Below, piece after piece: positions 38,150 through 50,326 of a DNA stretch of 64,000 nucleotides (its first letter is position 1; every line of letters starts with the position of its first letter). Position numbers and translations under genes: made by a program. Origin of the DNA: Azolla caroliniana (taxonomy: Eukaryota > Plantae > Polypodiophyta). The notes under the pieces are model-generated. The model was not told the DNA's origin and did no database searches. It saw only the letters and a program-made list of their open reading frames with translations. The stretch covers positions 6,014,001-6,078,000 of the forward strand of contig JBHGNT010000002.1 in the NCBI GenBank assembly GCA_043228905.1, given 5' to 3'.

Positions 38150-41100
38150 AAGCAGACTTATAGAGAATGCCATAGTCCATTGTTCCACTCATGTATCGCA
38201 GCACTTGCTTAGCACAATCTGAATGGATATCTCATGGAGTTTGCATGAATTGGCTAAGGAGGCCGACTGGATAGCTCGGGTCGGGTTGAGTGATTGTGGG
38301 GTAGATGAGGCTCCTAATCAGTTGGTGATACTGAGTCGGCTCACACTCTGTGGCACCGGAGTGGGCATCCAGTTTGAGGTTTCGATCGAGAGGGGTTGCC
38401 AGAGATTTGCACTCAGTCATCCCAAACTTGCATAACAAGTTGAGGATGTAATGCCGTTGAGAAATCATTACTCTGGTTGGAGTTCGGATTACCTCAATGC
38501 AAAGGAAGTAATAGAGCTTTTTCATGTCCGTAATCTTGAATTTGCTGGAGAGGAGGGACATGACCTTGTTGATGTTGACTAGATGCTCACCTCGAATGAC
38601 CAAGTCCGCCATGTTTAGGACGATGAAAATCGGACTTTCGGAATCGCTTCTTACATCCTATAGAGAGAATTGTCGGATTTTGACTTTCAGAAGCCAATTC
38701 GATGAAGATATTGTGTTATCTTTGAGTGTCAAGCATGTGGTGCTTGCTTAAGGCTGTAGAGAGGCTTCTTGAGTCAGCAGATGAATTTCGGATGAATGTT
38801 GGATTCGAAGCCGAGTGGTTGTACCATGTACACATCCTCTTCTAATTTGCCTTCAAGAAAGACGTTCTTGATATCGATCTAGTGGAGGTGCCACCCTTTC
38901 GCTGTAGCAAGCGCTATCACGGTCCACACGGTTGTCATCTTTGCCATTGGGGCAAAGGTCTCTTCATAGTCAACTCCCTCTGTTTGTGTGTAGCCCTTTG
39001 CTACTAGTCGAGCTTTGTAGCAGTTGACGGAACCGTCAACATTATACTTAACTTTGTATATCCATCTACAATCAATTGCCTTCTTATGCAGTGAGTGAGG
39101 GACGAGATCCCATGCCTCATTCTTGCTAGAGCTTGCACCTCGTTCATCGCTTCAACCCGTAACGGATCTTTAGTGGCTTCGGCAAAGCTTTCTGGTTCTC
39201 GAACTATTGCCACCTTCATCATAAAGGCATACTGGTATGCTATATAGTCGTTGTAGCCAAATCAGTTAACCGGATTCTTCTCTCGGGTGGAGCGACGGAG
39301 TTTCTCATTTACCGATGTGAGTGCTTTCTTAACTCCGGGTGACCTCATAAGAGGCACATCAAAGCCATCGAACTCACTATCAAGTGAGTGAGTCGATTCG
39401 TTGCCATCGAAGTGATCGTCTTCATATTCCGGCATTTTGGCCTTCCCTTTGTTCATCTTTGGACTTGGTCGAGATATGCTTTGGTTGCTCGAAGGCTCTT
39501 GTGGTCCACTTATTCTGGTTGAGATTGGACTCTCTTCAAGTATTGCCTTAGTTGATCATCTTCTTCGGTGTTGTCGAGGTCGTTCGTAGATGGTTCGGGA
39601 GGAGTCGGCTCTGGTTTGTACCATGATGTTGATTCATCAAAGATGACATCCCGACTTACACGAACGTTCCGACTAAAGGGATTGAAGCACTTGTACCCCT
39701 TTTTGCTCTAGTGAGTACCCCACGAGGATGCACTTCTCTGATTTTGGGTCAAGCTTTTGCCGCTTCTCATCGGGAATGTGCATGTATGCAATGGAGCCGA
39801 ATATCCTTATATGGGATAGATTCAGCTTCTTCCCATAGTATTTCTCATGCGGGGTGACCTCGTGCACTCCTAATGTTGTGCACCTGTTCATGAGGTAGAC
39901 GGAGGTATTTGTAGCTTCTTTCCAATATGACTTGGGCATATGCTTCTCATTTAGCATGGCCCTTGCTACTTCGAGGATGTGCCGATCCTTGCATTCGGCT
40001 ACACCGTTTTGTTGCGGTGTGTGTCGGCAAGTGAATTCTCGCCGAATTCCTTCTTGTCGAAGGTATGCTGTGGAAGTGTTTAAACAGTTCGCTCTTCATC
40101 CTCATGGGAAATATCGATGTGTATCTAGAGAAATCATCGATGAAGGTAACATAGTACAGACATCCTCCAAATGTGGCCGTTTGTGCCGGTCCCCACACAT
40201 CCGAGTGGACTACGTCCAATAGGCCTTTGCTCACGTTCCTCTCATTCGGGAATGGGTGCCGATGTTTCTTGCTGAATTGGCATGCTTCACATACTCCTTC
40301 AATCTCTTTCTCTTTGAAGTTCGGGATCCCAATGATGACTCATTTCGATTGCATCGCCTTAAGTTTGTTGAGATTAATATGGCCGATTCTTTTATGCCAT
40401 AGCTCCATGTCAGTGTCGGGTTTGAGGCCCTCTACAAACATGGCCGATTTTACCTCGTTCACTTCGAGGATGAACATTTGACCTTCCCTTTGACCACGAG
40501 CAATTAGTCGACCTTCTTTCTTGATGAAGCAACCACCTTGGTTGAATCGAATTTGCATCCCTTGCTCTACAATTTGGCCGACCGAGACCACATTCTTCGT
40601 TATGGTGGGTAAATGTAAGACATTTTTTATGCAAGTTTGTTCACCTTCTTTCCCGAATGGGACATTATCGACATGCCGAATCGGATGAGTGGTGTCATCT
40701 CAGGTCTCGACATAACCGGGTCGATCCGGCTCTCCAAGGTCTTTGAACCATTCTTGATGGGACGTCATATGGTTTGAAGTACCGGAGTCGACGAACCATG
40801 CACCTTCCCGATTGGAGGCATTAGTTGAAGTAGTGGCTGACATAGAATTTGCTCAAGTCTCATCACCAACATTCCGCCATGATCTTCATAGTCGGAGTTG
40901 GTGGCGTAATTGGTGAGTTGTCGGCTAGTGCAAGCTGACTCACGCATATTCTTTCGACACTCTTCTTCGTGGTGGCCAATTTTGCCGCAATATCAGCATT
41001 CGATCGAGTTTTGTCTGCTTGAACCGGAATGGAAGCTCCCCCTTCTTTTGAAGGTTCCTCGATGGCTTCCGTCTTGTCGCCAAAATTGGGAATTGTTTTC

Positions 41101-41975
41101 GTAAGTCGGACCTCGTTCGCCTCGTCCTTGGCCGAATCGGCCTCTTGTTCGCGTCCTCTTCCTCCGTTCAAATCTGTGTAGAGCATGTGGCCTTCCGAGG
41201 TGTTGCTCCTCGTTAGAACATGATTTTCTTCAACAAACAACATGGATTGAAGATCGAAGAAAGAGGGGGTATTCTCCTCATCGCGCCAAACCATGGTCCA
41301 AGGCCACCAAGGCTTATTTACACCATCTCATCATCATCCACATTGACGCTTATTGAGCCAAGTGAATCACAAAGGTCCTTGATCTTCAAGGTGTAGCTTG
41401 TGATGGACATGTCTCTTTGTTGAATATTGTTCAACTCTTGGCGGAGTTGAAGCTTTCGTGTCGTCATATTCGCAGTGAATATCTTCCTTAGATTATCCCA
41501 TGCTTCCTTTGGCATCATGGCTTCTCGAATGTAGCCGAGCATGTGGTCATGAACAAATGTCGCCAAGCAATACATTACTCGACTCGCCACTTGCTCCCAT
41601 GTTGAGTAGTTGGCGTCCTTTGGGTCGGGTCAATTTTCTTGACATGCTCCTTTGATGTAACTCCAATAATCTGGACCGACAAGGTATTAGTGCATCTTGA
41701 GCTCCCAAGATGCGAAGTTGTTTCAGTCTAACTTCTCGCTAGGGAGAGCGCTCCCCATTTGAGTATTCATGGTGTTCGATGTGGATGACGCCCTTCTTCT
41801 CTCTTGAATACGAGCCATGTAGTGGCACTACGATAACGATGAGCCAGTTCTTCTCTAACGTTGGCATAGAACACAACACACACGTATGGGCTAGATCGAG
41901 CTACCAAATAACGTTGATACCATGTAAAGAATCGATGGTAATCCTTGTGTAGTGGAATAGGTTAGAGATGTGTGT

Positions 41976-42007
<32 letters not shown>

Positions 42008-42317
42008 GAGAGGAGAGAAACACAAGAGAGATAAAAAATGAAAAATACTCAAGAAGATTGTATATTACAAAGGAGATTAACCGACATATTACAAAGTAGG
42101 AAAAGACTGCGTTATATAGTCACTCTCTCTTCATTAACTACTGACGCTCATGAGTCATGGGGAATGTGGACACTAATTAGTTATGTGTCATAGAATCATA
42201 TTCTATGACACATAGTTAATGTGTAAAGAGTAGTGGTGTGACTTTTGACCATTGAGTGCTCATACACTCTCAAGAGTGTGTTCACACATTAGACTAGGTT
42301 GAGCTTGATTCTCAACA
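38150..42317 (-). mobile_element. Ty1/copia element E, 3'-truncated within RT/RNase H
   Basis: 5' LTR 41923-42317 (TGTTGAGAATCAAGCTC...TTTACA); PBS TGGTATCAACG; gag, PR, IN, RT fragments ending MDYGILYKSA. Confidence 0.9.
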
Positions 42318-42698
42318 CAATATATAAAAACATGATTGCAGTCTCGTATACGATTCTCATGATACTTCTTTTGGATGCAATAAACAGGTGCATGTTTTTC
42401 TGACAATTTGGTTGTTTCTAATACTGATTGGTAAAACTTTATGAAAGATATGAAATCGACAATGGTTGAGGTTCATGATGAATTAGTTTTTGGAGATTCC
42501 AATCTTGTTTCTTAATGTTTAGTTATTAATTGGAACATATGTTATCACAAGCTTATTTAATAATTCAGTAGACCAAACTGTGGTTTTTGTTGTGATAATA
42601 GGAAGATAAAGGTAATTATGGACCTGGTATATCTAGTTTGAGAAAAACCTCTGCTGGAAACATGAACTAAATGGAGTAAAGTTTCAACTTTTAAATCA

Positions 42699-43036
42699 AT
42701 GGCTTTTTTGAAGCTTTTGTTGAAACTACGTGACCAAGGTTCTCGTAGTCCTCGTAGAATGAGGCTTACGGCTATGCATGTTGCAGGACTATGGCTAAAA
42801 TTTCCTTCCATTACAAAATACTATATTGAGGAATTGTATCTAGTGTCTATCCATGGTGGAGGTATGAGATGATAAAGGTTTTCTTCTAAAGCTACTTCGT
42901 CTATGGTCGAGTCTAATTTTGATTACTGCCTGCAGAGAACATAGATGAGGAGTTGGATGGAAAATTTTTAGAGAATGCAATGGCTTCTAGGGAGTACTCC
43001 ATGCTGATGTAAAGCTTGGATCCTGAGCTTATTGAG
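42699..43036 (+). pseudogene. Two-exon fragment resembling plant TRM3/TARBP1 (SpoU tRNA methyltransferase)
   Basis: DQGSRSPRRMRLTAMHVAGLWLKFPSITKYYIEELYLVSIHGG | phase-1 GT-AG intron 42862-42935 | ENIDEELDGKFLENAMASREYSMLM*SLDPELIE; similarity recalled from memory; in-frame stop. Confidence 0.6.
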
Positions 43037-43182
43037 GTATCAAAAATTGTTGAAGATTTGAATTTGTAATTATTTAAATCTGCTTCAAGATTTTATGGTT
43101 TTCTGTATTGTGATGCACGAATTTAGGAGCTCTGAGCTTTATGTCTGTGTCACTATTGCAACGTTGATTCATAAATTCAAAT

Positions 43183-43323
43183 GATATGATGGGTTAATCA
43201 CTCACTTTATTAGTGTCAACGGTGGTTGTGGCGGAATCCGCAATTGGGCTTGCCATTCCGGTAGTAACTTCTCGAATTCGTGGGACCATTGCCATGGAAT
43301 TTCCTAATCGCATGAAAGGTCAA
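43183..43323 (+). pseudogene. nad4L: Mitochondrial nad4L 3' fragment (NUMT), unedited form
   Basis: [46 protein letters not shown] matches the nad4L C-terminus ([22 protein letters not shown]). Confidence 0.88.
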
Positions 43324-43701
43324 GCACCATTAAACTCCTTGCACTTCGTTTTTCCAACTTGAATATAAAGTAGACTTTGGCATTAAGGGAGGAGATACGA
43401 TTCAAATCTCTCATTTGAAAGCGAATTTACTGAAATCAAACGCTTTTTTCATTCAACCACTTTTTGCTTCGACTTTGAGCCAAGATTAGGCTTTATTTTG
43501 ATATATGAACCCGGGCATATACGGGCCTTATGAGGTTTTTTCATAAAATGAAATACTCCCAAGAGAAAAGTAGGGTCCCATTCACCACCATATTCTCTTG
43601 CACCACCGGCTTTCTAGAGGCTCTACCATTTCCAAAGTAATAACTTTTAATATATTAAGAACAAAATAGAATCATTATGGCTAATACTTACTATTTTATA
43701 G

Positions 43702-43704
<3 letters not shown>

Positions 43705-43738
<34 letters not shown>
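43705..43738. repeat. (GA)n microsatellite
   Basis: Uninterrupted GA run. Confidence 0.95.
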
Positions 43739-43740
<2 letters not shown>

Positions 43741-45609
43741 TCTTCGAAGTGGCCCTCCTTTGGCAAGAAAGGATGTGCAGGATGAACTACAAGGAGGGAA
43801 TTTGTTGCCATTAGGATCCATACCATTTTTCAAGGGTTCTTGATTTAGTACCATATCAATTTTTGACCATGTTCGTATGTGTGCATGTGTATTTGCATAT
43901 GCATGGTTGTGTTTGTATGTGTGTATTTGTATGCATGTATGAATTCATGTACACATGCATTTGCAACATTCCCTCTCATGTTTTTATTTCCATGTTAATT
44001 TGTTTATTTGCTATTGTAATTTCCCAAGCAAGAATAGCCCTTTTGGTCTTGAGATGCCTCATGGGGAGCTCATGGTGGTGGTGCTTTCTCTAGGAGGGAC
44101 CCTACCAAGGTCGATTGGAGTAGATGTTATATTGTGAGGTAGGTTGTGGAGAGTATTGTTGCAGTAGGACTTCCCCGTTGTTGCATTATCTAGGTATGTA
44201 TTCTTCTTGTGACCTTGGTGGATGTTGAGCCTTGTTCTTCACTCATTGTGGCATGTTTTCTCCTTTCTCATGCAAATAAAGTCATGAGAAAAGATTAAAC
44301 ATTGTTTTTCTTAGGAGCTTAGTAAAAACCAATTCTGGTTGTGCATATTGGTCAAGGAATATAGCTTTTTGTATTCATTGTATTTCCTTTTATTTATGAG
44401 ATTAAAAGGAAATGATGAGAAATATTTTTACTTTAGGAAACCCTAATCCCAATGATTTCCAACCTAAGATGATGGCTATCCGCTTTGACCTTCGCAGAGG
44501 CAGAAACAAACGTTGCCAGAAGATTGTTGCATATGGTCACTTTGGTTGTGATGACCCTGATTTCGCATGGGAAATTGTTAAGCCATTGAAGTGGGAGAAA
44601 GTTTAGCTCCACTTAACTTTTGATTAGTTATTGTCAGAATGAAACAAAAAGTGAACAAAATTTACTATTAGAACTAGGGGTTTTGGCTTATGGTTTATGT
44701 CTTTCTTTCTATCGGAGAAGTATGCAAAAATAAGAATGAAATGGTTGGAAAGGAAAGTATAGATGAAGAAGAGGATATTTTGCTTATTCTAATTTTTTTC
44801 TCTTAAAACTCCTTTTTAACTAATATGAGAATTTTGTCCCATTTATTTGAAGTCTTTTCTTCACATATTTGTTGTCTTTTGATTATTTCAAATGGAAGAA
44901 AACTAATGGGTTATTTATGAAGAGAGCAGGGCAACAAATATTCACCTACTATATGTGGTGATGGAGATTCTGAGTTAATTGGATGTCTTTATCAATGGCT
45001 CGTTGTGCTTAATTATTTTTTTATATGATGTCTTTGTATTTTAGGATATGGAGCTTTTTATACTTCAAACTAGGCTTCACACCTAACTAGTTTTTGTCTT
45101 GGTGTTCACTCTATGCTAAGACAAGGCTCTCATACCATGAGTTTGTTTTGGGGCTCGCTATCAAGCGAGGTTGAAGCATGTATTTCTTCCAATGATTGTC
45201 TTTTGTTCTATTAGTATGGTTGGGCTTCATTCCTTTCAAGAATTTTTGTATTTGGACGTTGGCATTTATTAGAAACATTTTTGAAGTCAAGTGGGTGTTT
45301 AGTTATTGACTCACACCCACTTTACTCTTCATTGATTGTGTTTGTGGATTTTTATTATTAGTTGACATTATGTGCATCTTTCTTGGTGCTACATCATTAG
45401 AAGAATGCTTATGCAAGGTCCATATTTCTAGTTGTTGTAAATGGAGGAGATTGATAAATAAATAATTGTATGTGTTGTAATATAGAATTGTTTCCATTAC
45501 TTTCCTCTCGTCTAATGAATTATTGTTTGTTTGAAACATTATTTGAACCTTACGTGTTTCATTATTATAGCAAGTTGGTTTTGCATGTGTTTGCTGTGAA
45601 CTATATAAT

Positions 45610-45715
45610 CCAAGGAAAAGGTGTACGAGAAAGAGATGTTGTATTGCCAATAGTGTGATTGATATGTATGTCAAATGTGGTATGACCCGTGTAGCACATA
45701 TAGTGCTTGATAAGC
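45610..45715 (+). pseudogene. PLS-class PPR gene fragment
   Basis: ERDVV / IANSVIDMYVKCGMTRVAHIVLDK resembles the N.LIDMY.KCG....A..VFD PPR motif; frameshifted. Confidence 0.6.
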
Positions 45716-45949
45716 ATCGCATATTGAAATAGTCATATATTGAAGGAGAGGTGCGTGTTAAATAATGTTATAATGTGAGAAATTATTGAGCTTTTGAAGG
45801 AACTTCTTGCAGTGATGGAGTATTCACGATGATTGTTGATGCAATTTCGTAAAGTTTAAATAGAGAATATTTATCAAACCAAATAATGAGCTATTGAGTC
45901 ATTATTAGTAAAAGAATATTTATTATTTAGGTGCAAATAGACACGAGCC

Positions 45950-46140
45950 ACTACACACACATACACATAACACATAGATACATACATACATGCCATACAA
46001 GTAAGATATACAACACATACAATACAATACATACATAAATAAACATGGAATACATTGCAATACATACATACATGCAATGCAATACGTCCATATGGACACA
46101 CATAGACACATATAACATATGCAATACAATATAATACATT
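45950..46140. repeat. CATA/ACAT-rich low-complexity tract
   Basis: Degenerate ATAC/CATA repeats. Confidence 0.8.
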
Positions 46141-46319
46141 TCTATTTAAGGGTATTTAAGATGAGTTGTTGTCAAAATATATATTGGCACGAAGGGGTAT
46201 TTTTATTAACCATTATTTTATAGAAGGGTATCTAAAATAGTAAAAATTATACGTATAACGGGTTTATAAAAGATGTCATGAGCGCACGTGATACATCCTC
46301 TTTATATATAGTAGAGTCC

Positions 46320-49300
46320 TTGGGTTGTGGGTAATTCGGGAGTTTCAAATAAACACCAACAAGGATTATAGCCTGTATACGCATAGAATGGTGTAACTTA
46401 GTAGAGGAATGGATAGAATTATTATATGCAAATTTAGCAAAGCATAATATATCCGTACAATCATCTTGTTGATAACTTATGAAACATCGAAGATACTCCT
46501 CCCATGTTTGATTTGTATGTTTTTCTTGTCCATCCGTTTGGGGATGGTAGCCAGAGGAGAGGTTGCAAGTGACCTTGAGCATTGTGAAGAGATGCTTCCA
46601 AAGTTTAGGTATAAATTAAGGTCCACGGTCACTTATGATGTTGTCGGGAAGACCACGGTGATGAAAAACTTCACGCATAATGATTTTTGTGGTTTCTTCA
46701 CTAGTGATCTCTTTAGTGCATAGCAAGAAATGTGTCATCTTAGTATATCGATCAACCACTGTTAAGATAACGTTGAAACCCTTGTTATAGGTTTAGGGTT
46801 AGGGATTACGATAGAGATGCCTATTTATGATAACGATAGAAATGGTGGGTGTGATGACGATAATCATTGCGTGGTGGATTAGGGTGATGTTGAGAATCAT
46901 TGCGGGGTGGGGGGTGGTGCCTAGAATGGCTCCACCCCCCTCCAAAGGGGGTTCAACATTAGGGAAGAGAGAGAGAAAGAGAGATGACAAGAGAGAGAGA
47001 GAGAGAGATTGATAGAGAACTATGTCTTATTCATTCATTCCCTACAAGTGGTTAAATAGTTACAAAAGGGTAGATACACAGGGGTGCAAGCCCCATTGTC
47101 CATTCACACTAATCACTCACTCACACCTCTTCGTATATGTCCACATGCACACATGTGTGCGTGGGTTCACATACGTATCGACTCATACTTACAATTATAC
47201 TTGTGCACATTTACTCATACACATCAACAACATTATAGCATTCGACCCTTGCTCATCACACTCTACTCTCTGTACATCTCTTGTGGTAACAACCCTTAGA
47301 ATTCGGATGATCTATAATAAAATCCAAAGAAATAAATTTCCCTAGCTTGCTTGGAATCGGTAAGGGCTCCAATAAACCATACGGACGATGTCGGGGCATC
47401 TTCGCTTTGCAGCATGTATCACATGTTTGAACATAGTCTTCTACAAATTTACACATATGAGGCCATCAAAATGTTTGGGTTATTAAATCCAAGGTTTTAG
47501 TACTACCAAAATGTTCAGCCCGAGATGTATCATGGCAATTTTGTACGACTCGAAGGTTAGATGAACCATTGGGAACATACAAAAGATTTTTAAAGAAGAG
47601 TAATTCATCATGCCATTTGAATTGTTGATAATCCGAACCTGATTGTTGTGACCGCCAACATGATGCACAAGTGGGATTAATATCAAGATATCTTGAGCAA
47701 AGACATCTGTCCTCAGATCTTGATGGATAATATCAATAATGTTGGATTCCAATGGAGTATCAAAAACCGAAGTTGCTTGAAGCTATGTAGGACCCAAGAT
47801 TACTTGCTTTTTATTATCGGAGGACAAATCATCAAGACGAGGTGCTAGATACAAGCGTCGTGATAATGCATCTGCCTTCCCGTGTTGCTTCCCTGGACGA
47901 AATGTAATCTTGAAGTCGAAATCAGTGAGAAACTTAACCCACCAAGCTTGTCGTCTATTTAATACATGAGCATTCTGGAAATGGGTAAGGTTCTTGTGAC
48001 CACTCAATACAATGATTCAATGAGGAGATCCTTCTAGGAAATGTCATCATTGTGAAAGGAATCAACTATAGCTAATAATTCATTGTCATGCACCTCATAG
48101 TTGATTTTGGCAATGTCAAAATTGCGTGAGTGGAAAGCCACTAGATGTAGCTTCTCATCATCACGTTGTTGTTACAAAATACTACCAAGTGCAAAATCCA
48201 ACGCGTCTGCTTCAATAATAAATGGTTTTTTCAAATCAACAAGAGCTAAAATAGGGGCCGATGTACAAACAAATGATTGAGCCTTCTTTGTGAGTTGTGT
48301 GAAAGGCAAAATAAGCTTTGAGTAGTCATGTATAAACTTGTGATAGAAATGTGCAAATCCTAGAAAACATTACACATCTCACACCGATCATGGAGTCTTC
48401 CATTCTTACACCGTTTAGACCTTAGCTGGATCCATAGAGATTCCTTTAGAGGAGATGACATAGACTACAAATTCCACCTGTTTACAATCAAAATTACACT
48501 TTTTGAGTGTTGCATAAAGACCATGTTCTTGTAGTCGTTTTAGTACTAACCGTACAAGAGAATCATGCTCTTCGTTTTTAAAAAAAATAAATTAGTAGAT
48601 CATCCAAGTGGATGATTAGATAGATGTCCAAAAGATCTCAAAAAATGTCATTTGCCATGTGCTGAAAAACTATTGGTGCATTGGTCAGCCCGAATGGCAT
48701 ATAACTGTATACTCAAAATGCCCATATTGGGTGGAAAAACCTATCTTCCGCTCTTGTCCTAGTCAAATCTGTACGAGGTTATATGCACCATGTAAGTCGA
48801 TATTTGTGAAATATTTTGCACCATTAATCCTTTCTAAAAGACTCAATATTAGGGGAAGTGCATACCTATTTGTAATGGTAACTTTATTCAGGCCACGGTA
48901 TTCCACGATTAGACAAAGTGCTCCATTTTTTTTCTTTACAAAGAAAATAGGTGCGCTAGCTAGAGATTTCGAATGTAGAATGAATCCATTCTGCAAGTTT
49001 TCCTCTATGTAGGCTCGAAGAACTTCGAGCTCGGTTGGTGACAAGTTGTAGATCGGTCCCCACATCGTTTCTTGTCCTGGTTGTAAATCAATGGGACAAT
49101 CATATGGTCAATGTTGAGGAAGAGTATCAGCTTTTACCTTATAAAAAACATTGGCATAATGGTGATACTTCTTTGGAAGTTGATTTGTTGACTCCTCAAT
49201 GATACTAGAAGGCTTCATTGATATGGCAAATAATAACATTGGCCTCATTCTCCAATCAATTTCGGGGTTGTGTAATTCGAACCAAGGTAACCCCAAGACA

Positions 49301-50326
49301 ATTGGATGCTTTGGGCTACTAATTATATTAAATGATATTACACATGCCAAATTATCTAGGACAACATGAACCGGCTCCAACTCTTCTACGATATTTCCAG
49401 AAGCAATGGGACAACCATCAATGACTATACGGAAGTTGGGCAGGGAAGTTTTCTTAAAGATATCTGATGAACTTGAGCTACAAAATTCCAATACATGAGG
49501 CAAGAATTATCCCTGATATCTAGGAGTGCTAAGACATGTATTAGAGGGTTGCTTGTAGTACTAACTTCTACTTGAGCTAAGAACACCTTGCTAGCTTGCT
49601 TAGGAGAAATGGAACCACTAATGGGTAGCATAGATCCAGGGGTTTCCAACCAAACGACTCCTATTTTGGTTGGACGTAATCGTTTAACTCTTCTTCTAGT
49701 TGAATGAGGACTTCAAATTTGTTGCATAAACTTGGACCACTAGGATTATCAGACACTCTTAATAAAATAGACTCAGGTTTAGCAATAGCAACTGGTTGAT
49801 TTAAGTCTAGTCTTCTTGCCTATAGGGACAATTTACTCCAATATGCCCTTGACCACAGTAATATAAACATAGACGATTTGCTCAGCATCGTTGCTTTTCT
49901 TCTTCCGATAATGGTCCACGACAACGTGTTTTGTTGATTTCCGTTAGACTGTGTTAGTGGATTTGTAGAGGATGCATTATATGATTCTATTGGGAAGGGT
50001 TTTGCTATGATTAATGCATATGTGGGCTCCGATCTTGTCCTTGGTATCTATAACTGTTGTTTTGAATGTCGTTCGAAAAGACAATAATTGCATCACACCA
50101 CTCGATTGATTGCCTTTGTGAGCGACTTTGGTTCTTCAAGGAAAGTTAAGAATAAATCTTTGACATCATTGTGTAGGCCAAAATGAAATTGCTCCATCAA
50201 TGTTTGGTCGTCCCATGGAATATCACTTGCAAGTAGATGGAAATCCGTAACATAGGCTAAGGCCAAATGATCTCCTTAATGCAATCTTTGGATTTTATTG
50301 ATTGATGTCCTAACACTAGTGATATC
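46320..50326 (-). mobile_element. Decayed Tcn1-like Ty3/gypsy internal region (gag-PR-RT-RH-IN)
   Basis: VLGLPWF, APIFFVKKKNG..YRGLN..DLHGAYNL, FRPGKQHGKADALSR, CDTCCKAK, SGYHPQTDGQ; LTRs not visible. Confidence 0.88.
46783..47291. mobile_element. Solo LTR inserted in gypsy integrase
   Basis: TGTTA...TAACA termini; perfect TSD ACCCT (46778-46782, 47292-47296). Confidence 0.88.

Noticed and set aside
43375-43415. tRNA-like GATTCAAATC after nad4L
   Set aside because: No A-box or cloverleaf could be built; probably mitochondrial spacer or chance.
43863-46139. Short Cys/Met/Val/Tyr-rich ORFs
   Set aside because: Arise from TG/CATA simple repeats.
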